64,000 nt of DNA, taken from assembly GCA_965262715.1 (NCBI GenBank), contig OZ253553.1, positions 1,504,001-1,568,000 of the forward strand, in the 5' to 3' direction. Below the pieces are notes generated by a model. It had not been told where the DNA came from and ran no database searches. It worked only from the letters and a program-made list of their open reading frames with translations. Positions 9,762 to 20,113 of the stretch are shown here, in pieces. Within the stretch, counting starts at the first letter, position 1; the number at the start of each line of letters is the position of its first letter. This stretch comes from Bdellovibrionales bacterium. Lineage in GTDB: Bacteria; Bdellovibrionota; Bdellovibrionia; Bdellovibrionales; JAUICD01. A program made the translations under genes and the position numbers.

Positions 9762-12700
9762 ATGAGTGAAGAAAAAGAAAATAATACTAATACAAAGAAA
9801 AAGAACCTGTATTCCTGTTTAAAGCCGTATAAAAGCTTATTTCTCTCTAAAAATCAAAAGCTGAATCAAATTGGCTATTCTGTATTTATTGCCCTATTCT
9901 TCGTCATTTTTTCATTCCAAAACTGTAAAGAAGGCAATATTGATAACGGAAATAACGTAGAATCAAGCGAAACACCTGATACTACTCAACCGATTACACC
10001 AACAGACCCAACCTTCGAGCCTGTAAAGCCAAATTCTCCTCCTCTAGGCAGTCTGATAGCTTATTTGTCTGATGATACAGAAAAAACACCCCAAGATGAA
10101 TTTGATTCACAACAACAAGTCATCTTGGAATTTATAGAGTTTCACCGAAGTTCTAATAGTTTTCAGTGGACTATCTCTAGGGGTTTTGAAACCATTACAG
10201 AACCTCAAGTTACAACTCAGTCAAATTACGAAACTTCTTTTTCTCAAAAAGGGGCTTATGATGCCTTTTCTACATCTCATATAGCTGGAGATCCCAAAAT
10301 ATTAAGTCGTGCAAGCAAAAGATTAACTATCGGCGAAGAGTGCGATCCTTCAGAGATTTTAGAGATAAAAGTTGGAAGCGGCTCTTTAGTGAAAGGAGGG
10401 ACAGTTACTCTTGAATTAGAAAACTCCCAGCTATTTAATAATGTTAGTTGGAAAATTCAACAAGATTCACAAAGCCTATTAGCAGAAACTCAACAAACTG
10501 CGACAGTGAGTTTACCAGAGCAAGGGGGGTCTTCGCTCATTGTTGAAGTGACTGCTGTAAGTAATGATTCAACTAGAGACCAATGTATGATTTACAGAAA
10601 AAAGGAGCTTCAAGTCAATGAAAATGCTAAGCCCCATTTTAATATTGTCAGACCTGTTGATGATACTCATCCTGTTACTTTAGAAAATAATGAGGTCTAT
10701 AAATATAAAAGAACAAGTCAGTCAAAATACATTGAAATTTTAATCACAGGTGCAAGCGAATGCCGTTGGGATGGAAATGTTATTGCTTGTAATAACGGGC
10801 AGTGGGATATCACTCGAGAGGACCTGGTCATCTCAGAATGCAGTCAAGCTGTGAACACTCTTGATGTCTCTTACCTTGATGGCAACAATGATTCACAAGA
10901 GGAACAAAGAAGCTACTATAAATTTTGTCCACAAGATCAGGATATTTGCTATTTTGGTCCTTTAAATGCACGGCCAGTCCATCATGATTGCGGTAATAGT
11001 AGAACAATACAAACTGTAACTACGACTACAACGACTACACCAACTACAACGACTGCAACGACTGCAACGACTGCAACGACTACAACGACTACAACAACTC
11101 CACAATCAGCTTGCTCATCAGTGCAGAAAGCACCAGGTTACAGAGATGTCAATGGGCAATGCTTGAAATCTTGCCAGACTGCAGGTGGGACTCATACAGG
11201 ATCCGACTGTGACCCAGGTGAAGGATATGACCTTGTATTGATAGTAGGGACTTATGAAGATCCTTGTTGCAGACAAATACCCAGACAGGCTGTTAATGGT
11301 CAATGCAATAACAATAATCAAAATACTTGTCTTGCAGGTACACCTACTCCTCAAGCATCTAGTGGTGGGTTTTATAGATGGCATTGTAATGGTAGCAGTG
11401 GAGGCACAAATGCCGCTAATTGTCAGAAGGCTCAACCAAACAATCGAATAAACGGAGTTTGTAATAATAACCTTATAAATGGTTGTAGTCCAGGAAATGC
11501 TGTCGCTAAGACACCTAGTGGTGGATTTTATAGATGGGATTGTCAAGGAATAAATGCGGGCACAATTGCTACTGGTTGTCAAAAAGCTATTTCAGTTAGT
11601 GGTATATGTAGCACCTCTAATCATTTTGAATGTACCTCAGGTAGAGCTGACAATAAAATCGAGTTGACAGAAGCTTATACATGGCATTGTGTTGGATCGA
11701 ATGGAGGTGTAACTGCTGGAAATTGTCGAAAAAGTAAACCCATCAATGGCCAGTGCAATAATGACACTAAAAATGCTTGTCTTGCAGGCACATCTGTTCC
11801 TCAAACAGCCAGTGGTGGATTTGATAAATGGCACTGTAATGGCTCTAATACAGGTGCAAACGCCACTAATTGTCAGAAGGCTCAAGCCGTTAATGGCCAA
11901 TGTGATAGCACTCAAAAGGATGGTTGTCTCACAGGCCAATCTGATCCTCAAGCTGAAAGTAATGGATTTTATAATTGGTATTGTAGAGGTGAGCATGACG
12001 GTAGCGATGCAACTTGTAAACTCAGTGCAGGATCTAGATGCAATTACCCTGATACAATTGCAGACTACATCAACAGCTGCAAAAGTGGAACTACTTCCTC
12101 AGACAGAATAGATGACAATAACTATTATAGATGGGCATGTGGTGATGAAGAGTGTCAGAGACTTAAACCATTTCATGGCGAATGTAGTCCTACGCAAAAG
12201 GGTCAATGCGCTCGTGGTATAGCAGGTACAGTAGAGAAGCAAGTGGAAAGTTATGTGAACTCTGGTTATTACATTCTACCAGAGGTTCCTAATCCAAAAG
12301 CTACATCTAAAGCAATTAATGAAAATGAAAAGTATGACCTTAGCACCCTTGATGAAATTTGGTCATGTGAAGGAGGGGCAAGTAAAGTTTATTGTAGACA
12401 AACTCAAACTTTTGATGGTGAATGTCCTACTGATCCTCCTACATACAATGCAAAAAATGATTTTATTAATTATTGCAAACAAGGTTATGTAGCAAATATA
12501 AGAGGGGATGATACGGATGAGTACACATGGAGTTGTTACTATAGTTACGGCGGAAGAATTAGAGATGCATGTACAAGACAGAAACTTGGTGCTCCACCAG
12601 CTTCTCAAATAAAATCTCAAGGAGAATGCAGTGCTACAAGAAGACAGTGCCGAGGAGGAACTGTAGGTAACTATAAGACAAAACGGATTGCAACTAAGTA

Positions 12701-13022
12701 CAATAATGGAGGAAGAATTTCTGACAGGACTCTTACTCTTTATACTTGGGAGTGTGTAGGATCAGGATCATCTGCAACAACTCAGAAATGTAAAGATGTA
12801 AGTAGTGTATTTGTTGGTGAATGTGATAACACTGAAGTAGATCAGTGTGCTGGAGGAATCTTATATGATCTTGATGATTCAGACACACATTACAGATGGC
12901 TGTGTTTTGGTTCTACTCCAAAAAGTGATCAAAGAAATAAGGGTAACATTGCTTATTGTAGTAAGCCTAAATTTCAAGTTATTGAAGACAGTAGTGGAGT
13001 ACAGGTCATACGTCCTTTCTAA
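9762..13022 (+). CDS. large Cys-rich repeat surface lipoprotein
   Basis: Lipobox 'FSFQNC'; Thr-rich linker; about ten ~50-aa G-x-C...C..G......W.C.G...C repeats. Confidence 0.8.
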   Translation: MSEEKENNTNTKKKNLYSCLKPYKSLFLSKNQKLNQIGYSVFIALFFVIFSFQNCKEGNIDNGNNVESSETPDTTQPITPTDPTFEPVKPNSPPLGSLIAYLSDDTEKTPQDEFDSQQQVILEFIEFHRSSNSFQWTISRGFETITEPQVTTQSNYETSFSQKGAYDAFSTSHIAGDPKILSRASKRLTIGEECDPSEILEIKVGSGSLVKGGTVTLELENSQLFNNVSWKIQQDSQSLLAETQQTATVSLPEQGGSSLIVEVTAVSNDSTRDQCMIYRKKELQVNENAKPHFNIVRPVDDTHPVTLENNEVYKYKRTSQSKYIEILITGASECRWDGNVIACNNGQWDITREDLVISECSQAVNTLDVSYLDGNNDSQEEQRSYYKFCPQDQDICYFGPLNARPVHHDCGNSRTIQTVTTTTTTTPTTTTATTATTATTTTTTTTPQSACSSVQKAPGYRDVNGQCLKSCQTAGGTHTGSDCDPGEGYDLVLIVGTYEDPCCRQIPRQAVNGQCNNNNQNTCLAGTPTPQASSGGFYRWHCNGSSGGTNAANCQKAQPNNRINGVCNNNLINGCSPGNAVAKTPSGGFYRWDCQGINAGTIATGCQKAISVSGICSTSNHFECTSGRADNKIELTEAYTWHCVGSNGGVTAGNCRKSKPINGQCNNDTKNACLAGTSVPQTASGGFDKWHCNGSNTGANATNCQKAQAVNGQCDSTQKDGCLTGQSDPQAESNGFYNWYCRGEHDGSDATCKLSAGSRCNYPDTIADYINSCKSGTTSSDRIDDNNYYRWACGDEECQRLKPFHGECSPTQKGQCARGIAGTVEKQVESYVNSGYYILPEVPNPKATSKAINENEKYDLSTLDEIWSCEGGASKVYCRQTQTFDGECPTDPPTYNAKNDFINYCKQGYVANIRGDDTDEYTWSCYYSYGGRIRDACTRQKLGAPPASQIKSQGECSATRRQCRGGTVGNYKTKRIATKYNNGGRISDRTLTLYTWECVGSGSSATTQKCKDVSSVFVGECDNTEVDQCAGGILYDLDDSDTHYRWLCFGSTPKSDQRNKGNIAYCSKPKFQVIEDSSGVQVIRPF
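11013..11100 (+). repeat. ACN-rich tandem repeat encoding a poly-Thr linker
   Basis: (ACGACTRCA)n tract; protein TTTTTTTPTTTTATTATTATTTTTTTT. Confidence 0.9.
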
Positions 13023-13077
13023 ACACACTACTTATCAGGGATGCATGATCTGAAGTAAGAAGTTTATAGTAAAGACA

Positions 13078-13158
13078 GGCCTTGTGTTGCACAAACATCA
13101 CTTTAGTTAATATGCCAGAGACTTGTAACAGGCTTCTTCCATAAGCAGCAGGCGACCC
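13078..13158 (+). repeat. dispersed repeat family C, partial copy
   Basis: Matches the reverse complement of about 34828-34908 (ggccttg..ttgcacaaacatca..ctttagtt..tatgccagaga...ggcttcttccataagca.caggc.accc). Confidence 0.8.
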
Positions 13159-13286
13159 TCTCGAGGCAAGCCTCTCGAGGCGAGCCTCTGGCTGTTTTTT
13201 GGCAATCAGCTTGGAGGTTTGCACCTTCAAAAAATGCTGTTACACATCCTCAAAAACCCATTCATCTTTAGTAGAAACTATTCTAG
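13157..13286 (+). repeat. palindromic element family A, copy 2 (fused to a family C copy)
   Basis: cctctcgaggcaagcctctcgaggcgagcctctggctgtttttt...ttcatctttagtag. Confidence 0.8.
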
Positions 13287-13483
13287 GGGCTATTATCATT
13301 GCTTAGATAGCAAATACCCTCAATAATGTCATTTTCACAACTTTTCATAAAACATGATATTGATGAAATACATTCTAATTATTTTAACTTTATAATTAGG
13401 ATATATTGACAGCTTTTCTTAACTTGTGTCAATCTAGCTTTGTTGGTTAAACATAAATAAAAAAACTTAAAGTTTAAAAGATT

Positions 13484-14332
13484 ATGGGCTTTGTTTTTCA
13501 TCTCTTTATTATATTTCAAGTGTTATTTTTATTTGCACCCTTAAAGGCAGATAATAAATTGCCATGGAAAACACAGAGACCAGCAAGTGAAAAAGTAGAA
13601 GCTTTGAAAAACGTCACTGTTGAAGAAAAGCTTGGCGAGACGGTTGATCTCAATTTATCTTTTGTTGATGAACAAAGTGAACAAGTGCACTTAAAAGATT
13701 TTTTCAAACCTGAAAAACCTGTCCTTCTCACACTCGTTTATTATACATGTCCTGGACTTTGCAACTTTCACCTCAATGGTGTGATGGATGCTTTGAAAGA
13801 AATGGATTTAGAGGCTGGTCAGGATTTTGAGTTCGTCGCTGTTAGTTTTGAACCAAAAGACACTCCTGAGACAGCACTTGCCAAAAAGAACGAATTTAAA
13901 GAAAGATTTTTAAGTGGTGGTACAGTAAATGAACAAAATCCTGATAAAGGATGGCATTTTTTAACAGGCACAAAAGAAAATACAAAAACACTAGCAAATC
14001 AAGTAGGTTTTTCTTATGAGTGGAATGAAGCAAGTAGTCAATGGTCTCATCCTGCTGTGGCTTATGTCCTAACTCCTCAAGGGAAGATTTCACGTTATCT
14101 TTATGGCATTCAGATACCAGATAAAACACTTAGGTTGTCTCTTGTGGAGGCGAGTAACGGTCAAATTGGCAATGTTTTAGATCGTTTTATTTTGTACTGT
14201 TTTAATTACAATCCTCAAGAGCGCAAATATAGCTTAATGGCACTTAATGCTGTGCGTGCTGGTGCTGGGTTTACTTTGATTATTTTGGGATTTCTTTTAA
14301 TTCCTTTTTGGATTCGGTCTTATAAAACTTAA
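13484..14332 (+). CDS. SCO1/SenC family copper chaperone
   Basis: YYTCPGLC motif, WHFLTG, conserved His; adjacent to oxidase genes. Confidence 0.93.
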   Translation: MGFVFHLFIIFQVLFLFAPLKADNKLPWKTQRPASEKVEALKNVTVEEKLGETVDLNLSFVDEQSEQVHLKDFFKPEKPVLLTLVYYTCPGLCNFHLNGVMDALKEMDLEAGQDFEFVAVSFEPKDTPETALAKKNEFKERFLSGGTVNEQNPDKGWHFLTGTKENTKTLANQVGFSYEWNEASSQWSHPAVAYVLTPQGKISRYLYGIQIPDKTLRLSLVEASNGQIGNVLDRFILYCFNYNPQERKYSLMALNAVRAGAGFTLIILGFLLIPFWIRSYKT

Positions 14333-14342
14333 AACCATTTAT

Positions 14343-15338
14343 TTGAGGGGTATAATCATTAAACTTTCTTTTGCATTTGGGTTTTCTTTTTTAATTTCTC
14401 AGGTAGCCTTTGGCCAGAGCAGCTATCTTCCTATACAAGCATCTAAAATTTCAAGGTCTGTAGATTCTCTCTATAACTTTCTAACCTTTACGAGTTTGAT
14501 TGTTTTTGCGATCTTGATGGGAGCTGTTTTATTTTTTATCTTAAAGTATAGCCGCAAGACAGAAGATCAAAAAACACCTTATATCACAGAAAATTACACT
14601 TTAGAGTTTATCTGGAGTTTTGTACCTTTAGTGATTTTCTTGTTAGTGTTTTATTGGGGATGGATTGTTTATAAGGATACCCGGCAATTTCCAGAAGATG
14701 CTATCACTATACAAGTGACAGGTTTTCAATGGGCTTGGAGTATGCAATATGCTAACGGCAAAAAAACATCTAATGAAATAACAGTTCCATTAGGCAAGAG
14801 AGTTGTTTTAAACATGCGCTCATTAGATGTACTGCATAGCTTTTTTGTTCCTAGTTTTCGTATTAAACAAGATGTCGTGCCAGGCTACATCTCTAAACTA
14901 TCTTTTATTCCAATCAAGGTAGGAAGATACCACATTTTTTGCGCTGAATATTGTGGGACAGAGCATTCAGGTATGATGGGTTGGGTGAATGTGGTAGAAT
15001 CCTATGAATATGAGGAGTTTTTAAACAGAGATGATGCAGAGGGAATACCACTTACCCAGCTAGGTGAGACAACATACAAAAACCTTTGCATAGTTTGTCA
15101 CTCAATTGATGGTTCTCAAATCATAGGTCCTTCCTTTAAGGGCATTTATGGCCGTCGTCAGACTCTTGCTGATGGGGCTGTGGTGGAAAGTGATGATAAT
15201 TATATACGTAACTCTATTTTAAACCCGGAAGGACAGATTGTCTCAGGTTATCCTACAGGTCAAATGCCAGCATTCCAAGGCCTATTAGACGAAGAGCAAA
15301 TTACACAATTGATTGAATATATGAAAACACTGAAGTAA
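14343..15338 (+). CDS. ctaC: cytochrome c oxidase subunit II with C-terminal cytochrome c domain (caa3 type)
   Basis: DVLHSF, CAEYCGTEHSGM CuA motif, CIVCH heme motif. Confidence 0.96.
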   Translation: MRGIIIKLSFAFGFSFLISQVAFGQSSYLPIQASKISRSVDSLYNFLTFTSLIVFAILMGAVLFFILKYSRKTEDQKTPYITENYTLEFIWSFVPLVIFLLVFYWGWIVYKDTRQFPEDAITIQVTGFQWAWSMQYANGKKTSNEITVPLGKRVVLNMRSLDVLHSFFVPSFRIKQDVVPGYISKLSFIPIKVGRYHIFCAEYCGTEHSGMMGWVNVVESYEYEEFLNRDDAEGIPLTQLGETTYKNLCIVCHSIDGSQIIGPSFKGIYGRRQTLADGAVVESDDNYIRNSILNPEGQIVSGYPTGQMPAFQGLLDEEQITQLIEYMKTLK

Positions 15339-15608
15339 TAAAAGAAGGAGAAGACAGGAATAAAAAAGTTTCCCTAACATGATTTGAAGAAATGAAGATA
15401 TTCTTTCTACTGAAAATGAACAAGTTTTTGAGGCAGTCAGCATTTTCTTGAAGACGTGAGTCTTCAGGCTGAGTGCCCAAAAATAGCCAGAGGCTCGCCT
15501 CGAGAGGCTAGTTCATTTTTAGTGAGACAAGACGAAGAGCAAATTACGCAATTGATTGAATATATGAAAACATTGAAGTAATAAAAAAAGGAGAAGATAG
15601 AAGAAAAA
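15288..15608 (+). repeat. ~80-bp direct duplication of the ctaC 3' end and downstream RBS (15288-15367 / 15531-15608)
   Basis: gacgaagagcaaattac[a/g]caattgattgaatatatgaaaaca[c/t]tgaagtaataaaa.aaggagaaga occurs twice. Confidence 0.9.
15368..15530 (-). repeat. palindromic element family A, copy 3
   Basis: Reverse complement reads tgtctcactaaaaatgaactagcctctcgaggcgagcctctggct...gttcattttcagtag...catgttagggaaac. Confidence 0.85.
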
Positions 15609-15703
15609 AGTTTCCCTAACATAATGTAAAGAGATGAGGAGGATCTCCTCTATAGTTTCCTTAACATTTTGTTAACTGATAAAAAGATACTTTTTAGTGA
15701 AAC
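15609..15703 (-). repeat. palindromic element family A, degenerate internally deleted copy 4
   Basis: Both ends retained (gtttccctaacat ... tttttagtgaaac), plus ggagatcctcctcat as at 17380. Confidence 0.6.
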
Positions 15704-15728
15704 AAAAGAAGGAGAAGAATAAGTAAAT

Positions 15729-17378
15729 ATGTCAAATCAAGATACACTTCCAAAAGGAAAATCAGGCAATCAGGCAGCCCGGCAATCGGGCAGTCAGGCA
15801 AGCGGGCAAACGAATTATCTTAACCATGAAAAAGGTTTATGGTCTTGGTTGACAACATTAGACCATAAACGCATTGGTTTGATGTACTTTATAGTGATAT
15901 CTTTCTTTTTCTTTTTAGGTGGTATTTTTGCTCTTTTAATACGTTTGGAGCTTATTGCACCTGGGCAGCAATTTTTTGGTGCTGATACCTACAATCAGTT
16001 CATGACATATCACGGTGCTATTATGGTCTTTTTAGTGATCATACCTGGAATACCTGCATTTTTAGGTAATTTTATTTTGCCTCTACACATAGGGGCAAAA
16101 GATGTGGCATTTCCTAGGCTGAACCTCCTTAGTTGGTATCTTTTATTGATTGGAGCAATCGTCGCTGTGTCTTCTCTATTTTTTGGTGGCGTGGATACAG
16201 GTTGGACTTTCTACACTCCATACAGTTCTTTAAAATCACAAGGAGGGGTCGCTTTTATGACCTTTGGAGCTTTTATCGCTGGTTTTTCTTCTGTTCTGAC
16301 TGGGCTTAACTTTATAGCCACCATCCACAATCTGCGAGCTCCCGGAATGACTTTTGGCCGCATGCCTTTATTTGTTTGGAGTCTCTATTCTACAGCTATT
16401 TTGCAAGTCATAGCCACACCTGTTTTAGCTATCACTCTTTTGCTTTTAGTTATGGAAAAAGCATTTGGAGTAGGGATATTTGATGCATCTTTGGGTGGAG
16501 ATCCTATTTTGTTTCAACACTTTTTTTGGTTTTACTCTCACCCAGCAGTTTATATTATGATTTTACCTGCCATGGGTATTATTAGTGAATTGATAACAAC
16601 TTTTTCTCGTAAGACAATATTTGGTTACAGAGCCATTGCTTATTCGAGTGTTACTATTGCTGGCATTAGCTTTTTTGTATGGGGACATCACATGTATGTG
16701 AGTGGTCAATCTGAGCTAGCAAATATGATTTTCTCTATATTAACTATGTTAGTAGGAGTCCCAACGGCTATAAAAACTTTTAACTGGGTAACTACTATGT
16801 ACAAAGGCTCTATTCTTTTAGCTTCTCCCATGCTTTATGCTATTGGATTTTTATTTATATTTACCATTGGAGGGCTTACAGGGATCTACCTTGCAACTAT
16901 TGCTCTTGATGTGCATTTGCACGACACCTATTTTGTGGTGGCACATTTTCACTATGTGATGGTGGGAGGAACCATCATGGCCCTTATGGGAGGCATTTTG
17001 TATTGGTATCCTAAAATGTTTGGAAAATTATATAATGAATTTATTGCAAAGCTATCATGGATTTTTGTTTTTATAGGCTTTAACGTGACTTTCTTTCCGC
17101 AGTTTATTTTAGGCAATCTAGGTATGCCTCGTAGATATCATGATTATCTTCCTGAGTTTGCCAATTTAAATCTTATTTCTACAATAGGTTCATGGATGAT
17201 TGCTATAGGGCTTTTCTTTGTACTTGCTTGTTTATTAGAAGGTTTTTTCTCTGATCGCAATGCGCCTGCAAATCCATGGGGGGCTAAAACATTAGAATGG
17301 CAAACACCATCTCCTCCTCCACATGACAACTTTAAAGAAACTCCAATTGTCAAAGGTGGTCCTTATGAATATCGTTAG
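15729..17378 (+). CDS. ctaD: cytochrome c oxidase subunit I
   Basis: [41 protein letters not shown]. Confidence 0.99.
   Translation: MSNQDTLPKGKSGNQAARQSGSQASGQTNYLNHEKGLWSWLTTLDHKRIGLMYFIVISFFFFLGGIFALLIRLELIAPGQQFFGADTYNQFMTYHGAIMVFLVIIPGIPAFLGNFILPLHIGAKDVAFPRLNLLSWYLLLIGAIVAVSSLFFGGVDTGWTFYTPYSSLKSQGGVAFMTFGAFIAGFSSVLTGLNFIATIHNLRAPGMTFGRMPLFVWSLYSTAILQVIATPVLAITLLLLVMEKAFGVGIFDASLGGDPILFQHFFWFYSHPAVYIMILPAMGIISELITTFSRKTIFGYRAIAYSSVTIAGISFFVWGHHMYVSGQSELANMIFSILTMLVGVPTAIKTFNWVTTMYKGSILLASPMLYAIGFLFIFTIGGLTGIYLATIALDVHLHDTYFVVAHFHYVMVGGTIMALMGGILYWYPKMFGKLYNEFIAKLSWIFVFIGFNVTFFPQFILGNLGMPRRYHDYLPEFANLNLISTIGSWMIAIGLFFVLACLLEGFFSDRNAPANPWGAKTLEWQTPSPPPHDNFKETPIVKGGPYEYR
15765..15812 (+). 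repeat. tandem octamer array (x6, 48 bp) in the ctaD N-terminus
   Basis: GGCAATCA GGCAGCCC GGCAATCG GGCAGTCA GGCAAGCG GGCAAACG. Confidence 0.9.
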
Positions 17379-17572
17379 AGGGAGATCCTCCTCATTTTTT
17401 AACAACATGTTGAGCTGGACCCTCAATTTATTTCTTAAATTTAAAATCATTGCCCTGAGGCCAGACTCTTTCCCCTTCTTATCATTAGCTTTTATCACCA
17501 CTTGCTTACTTAGCTTTCGATGGTTATTGTTTTTAAATAGAAGAGTTGAACGCGAATGGTAATAAGGAAATC
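17378..17572 (+). repeat. family A 3' half carrying a ~150-bp internal insert (copy 5)
   Basis: Aligns with 43435-43630; starts at the ctaD stop codon. Confidence 0.85.
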
Positions 17573-17587
17573 GTTTTATCTTTTTAA

Positions 17588-17872
17588 GAGAGGATTCTAT
17601 GGGTATTGTTAAGCCTTCCGTTGAACATCATCATGCACATTGTTTCCCTAAAGATGAACCAGCCTCTGGCTGTTTTTGGACAGTCAGCCTGAAGACTTAC
17701 GTCTTCAAGAAAAAGCTGACTGTCTCAAAAATCTGTTCATTTTTAGGAAGGAGATTCTCCTCATTTTTTAATAACATGTTAAGGAAATCTTTCCTTTGTT
17801 TAATAACCTATTTAAAGTTGAGAGAATCTTATGGCTATTGTTAAACCTGCTATTGAACATCATCATGCACAT
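17588..17872 (+). repeat. ~53-bp direct duplication of the ctaE RBS and 5' end (17588-17640 / 17820-17872)
   Basis: MGIVKPSVEHHHAH versus MAIVKPAIEHHHAH. Confidence 0.9.
17641..17789 (+). repeat. palindromic element family A, copy 6
   Basis: tgtttccctaaagatgaaccagcctctggctgtttttggacagtcagcctgaagac...gttcatttttagg...atgttaaggaaatc. Confidence 0.88.
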
Positions 17873-18481
17873 CATTTTGATTCGGCTGAGCAAGAATACC
17901 GTACATCTAAGTTTGGAGTGTGGTTATTTATGGTCACAGAAATCCTTATGTTTGGAGGTCTTTTTGTTGGCTTTGCCCTTTTTAACAATATTTATCCAGA
18001 GATTTTTGAAGAAGGTGCGACCTTTCTAGATTGGAAACTAGGAACTATTAATACTGCTGTTCTTTTAACAAGTTCTCTAACAATGGCACTTGGCATTCAT
18101 TACATTCAGGTGAACAAGAGAGATGCTGCCTTTTGGAACCTTATAGCCACAATAGCTTGTGGCGCTATTTTTATGATGATCAAATATTTTGAGTACACTC
18201 ATAAGTTTCATTTAGGCATCTTTCCTGGAGCCGAGTTTGCCTATGAAGGTGCTACACAAACAAAAAATTTAGCTTTGTATTTTAGCTTTTATTTTTGTAT
18301 GACAGGCCTACACGGTATTCACGTTTTAGCAGGGATGAGCCTGATTGCTTGGGTGACTTACCGACATTACCGTGGAGACTTTAACCCTAATTACTTTACA
18401 GCAGTTGAAGGTGTAGGGCTTTTTTGGCATATTGTAGATTTAATTTGGATCTATTTATTTCCACTTTTGTACTTGGTATAA
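17831..18481 (+). CDS. ctaE: cytochrome c oxidase subunit III
   Basis: GVWLFMVTEILMFGGLF, MTGLHGIHV, GLFWHIVDLIW. Confidence 0.97.
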   Translation: MAIVKPAIEHHHAHHFDSAEQEYRTSKFGVWLFMVTEILMFGGLFVGFALFNNIYPEIFEEGATFLDWKLGTINTAVLLTSSLTMALGIHYIQVNKRDAAFWNLIATIACGAIFMMIKYFEYTHKFHLGIFPGAEFAYEGATQTKNLALYFSFYFCMTGLHGIHVLAGMSLIAWVTYRHYRGDFNPNYFTAVEGVGLFWHIVDLIWIYLFPLLYLV

Positions 18482-18571
18482 CTAATAACCGCTGCTATTT
18501 CAATATAATTTACTGAATACAACAACGTCATGAACACTTATTAGAGTACTGACCATAAAAGGTTATAAAAT

Positions 18572-19942
18572 ATGAAGATATTAGTGACAGGTGCTACAGG
18601 GCTTATTGGTCGTCATATCTGCGAGCAGTTGTTATATTGTGGACACCAATTAACAGTTATTACTCGTTCTCAAGAGAAATACAATGAGATTGTTGGTTTA
18701 CCTGCCTGTATTTTAGAGCATGATCTTATGAAGGGACCTCTTAGGCCTTCTCCAATATTAGAATCTATAGATGCGATTATTCACTTAGCTGGAGAAAACA
18801 TTGCAGGATCCAGGTGGTCTGAAAAGTTTAAACAAAAGCTTTATGATTCAAGAGTCAAAACAACCCAGCATCTATTGGATTCTTTTATTCATCTTAAGCA
18901 AAAAAAGCTATCTTTAATCATCAGTGCATCAGGTATTGGTGTCTATAGTGCTTCTGATGAAAAATACAATGAACAAACTCCTACTGACAAAAACTCATCT
19001 TTTTTTTCTCGCCTCTGTCACGAGTGGGAAAAATATGTTGATGAAGGAGGAAGTAGGCTTTCAGCTCGTGTTATAAAAGTACGTCTAGGACCTGTCTTAG
19101 CTAGACAAGGCGGTATGTTAGCCCAAATAGAACCTTATGCCAGAGCAGGTATTTTAGGACGTATGCCAGGAAAAGACTTTTGGATCAGCTGGATACATAT
19201 CGAAGATGTAGTTAGAGGATTGATGTTTTGTATAGAAAATAGCCAAATCAACGGTGTGATTAACTTCACATCTCCAGAGCCTTGTTTGTATTCAGAGCTT
19301 ATACATGCTTTTAATCAAACTTTTAAGAAGAAAGATTTTCTATCTCCCCCAAAGTTTCTACTATCTATGTTACATGGAGAGATGATAAATGTTCTTACAA
19401 AAAGTCACCGTATTTTACCTCAAAGATTAATAGATCAAGGCTTTTCTTTTCATTTCCCAAAAGTGCAGCCTGTATTCACAGATTTGTATAAAGACTTTCT
19501 ATTACCATTGCGATATGAAGGTTCACAGTGGGTGCCAAAAGATAAAAATACTGTCTTTGATTTTTATTCTTCAGTTCAAAATATAGAGAAAATCACACCT
19601 CCTTGGCTCAAATTTCAAGTAAATACACCTTCTTTAAGAATAAAAGATAATTTAGAAATAGATTATAAAATAGGTATTTATGGATTAAATATCAAGGCCA
19701 AAACAAAAGTTGTGATATGCAAACCTCCTGATTTATTTGTAGATGAGGAAATTAAGGGATTATTTCATAAATGGAGACATTCACACAAATTTATATCTCT
19801 TGCTGGTGGCACATTGATTCAAGACTCTGTCAACTACCAGTTACCTTATGGATTAAGTTTGTTAGGTAGCCGTATTGCTAAAAATCATATCAAAAAAATG
19901 TTTGATCATCGTCATAAGATGATCTTCCGTCTGCTTAAATAA
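18572..19942 (+). CDS. TIGR01777-type NAD-dependent epimerase fused to an SRPBCC domain
   Basis: VTGATGLIG, HLAGENIA, SWIHIED; C-terminal 'NIEKITPPWL...FVDE...WRHSHKF'. Confidence 0.85.
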   Translation: MKILVTGATGLIGRHICEQLLYCGHQLTVITRSQEKYNEIVGLPACILEHDLMKGPLRPSPILESIDAIIHLAGENIAGSRWSEKFKQKLYDSRVKTTQHLLDSFIHLKQKKLSLIISASGIGVYSASDEKYNEQTPTDKNSSFFSRLCHEWEKYVDEGGSRLSARVIKVRLGPVLARQGGMLAQIEPYARAGILGRMPGKDFWISWIHIEDVVRGLMFCIENSQINGVINFTSPEPCLYSELIHAFNQTFKKKDFLSPPKFLLSMLHGEMINVLTKSHRILPQRLIDQGFSFHFPKVQPVFTDLYKDFLLPLRYEGSQWVPKDKNTVFDFYSSVQNIEKITPPWLKFQVNTPSLRIKDNLEIDYKIGIYGLNIKAKTKVVICKPPDLFVDEEIKGLFHKWRHSHKFISLAGGTLIQDSVNYQLPYGLSLLGSRIAKNHIKKMFDHRHKMIFRLLK

Positions 19943-20113
19943 ATTTTTATCAGAGAATATTAGAGATCAATATGATACCATCACACTCTATTAAACTGCT
20001 TACCAGATGCAAAAATGTTTAAATACTCTTGTGGCTTGGTACTCATATTACCTTGATAAAGTATTTGACAATTAATAAATAAGTATAAAAAATACTTCAT
20101 GTAAGAGGGTTTT

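Noticed and set aside
11118..12620. Antisense and alternate-frame ORFs within the Cys-repeat gene
   Set aside because: Shadow ORFs produced by the repetitive sense gene.
1..17872. Diversity-generating retroelement (Avd-like gene plus duplicated gene ends as TR/VR)
   Set aside because: No reverse transcriptase in the window, mismatches between duplicates are not adenine-specific, and the targets are oxidase subunits.
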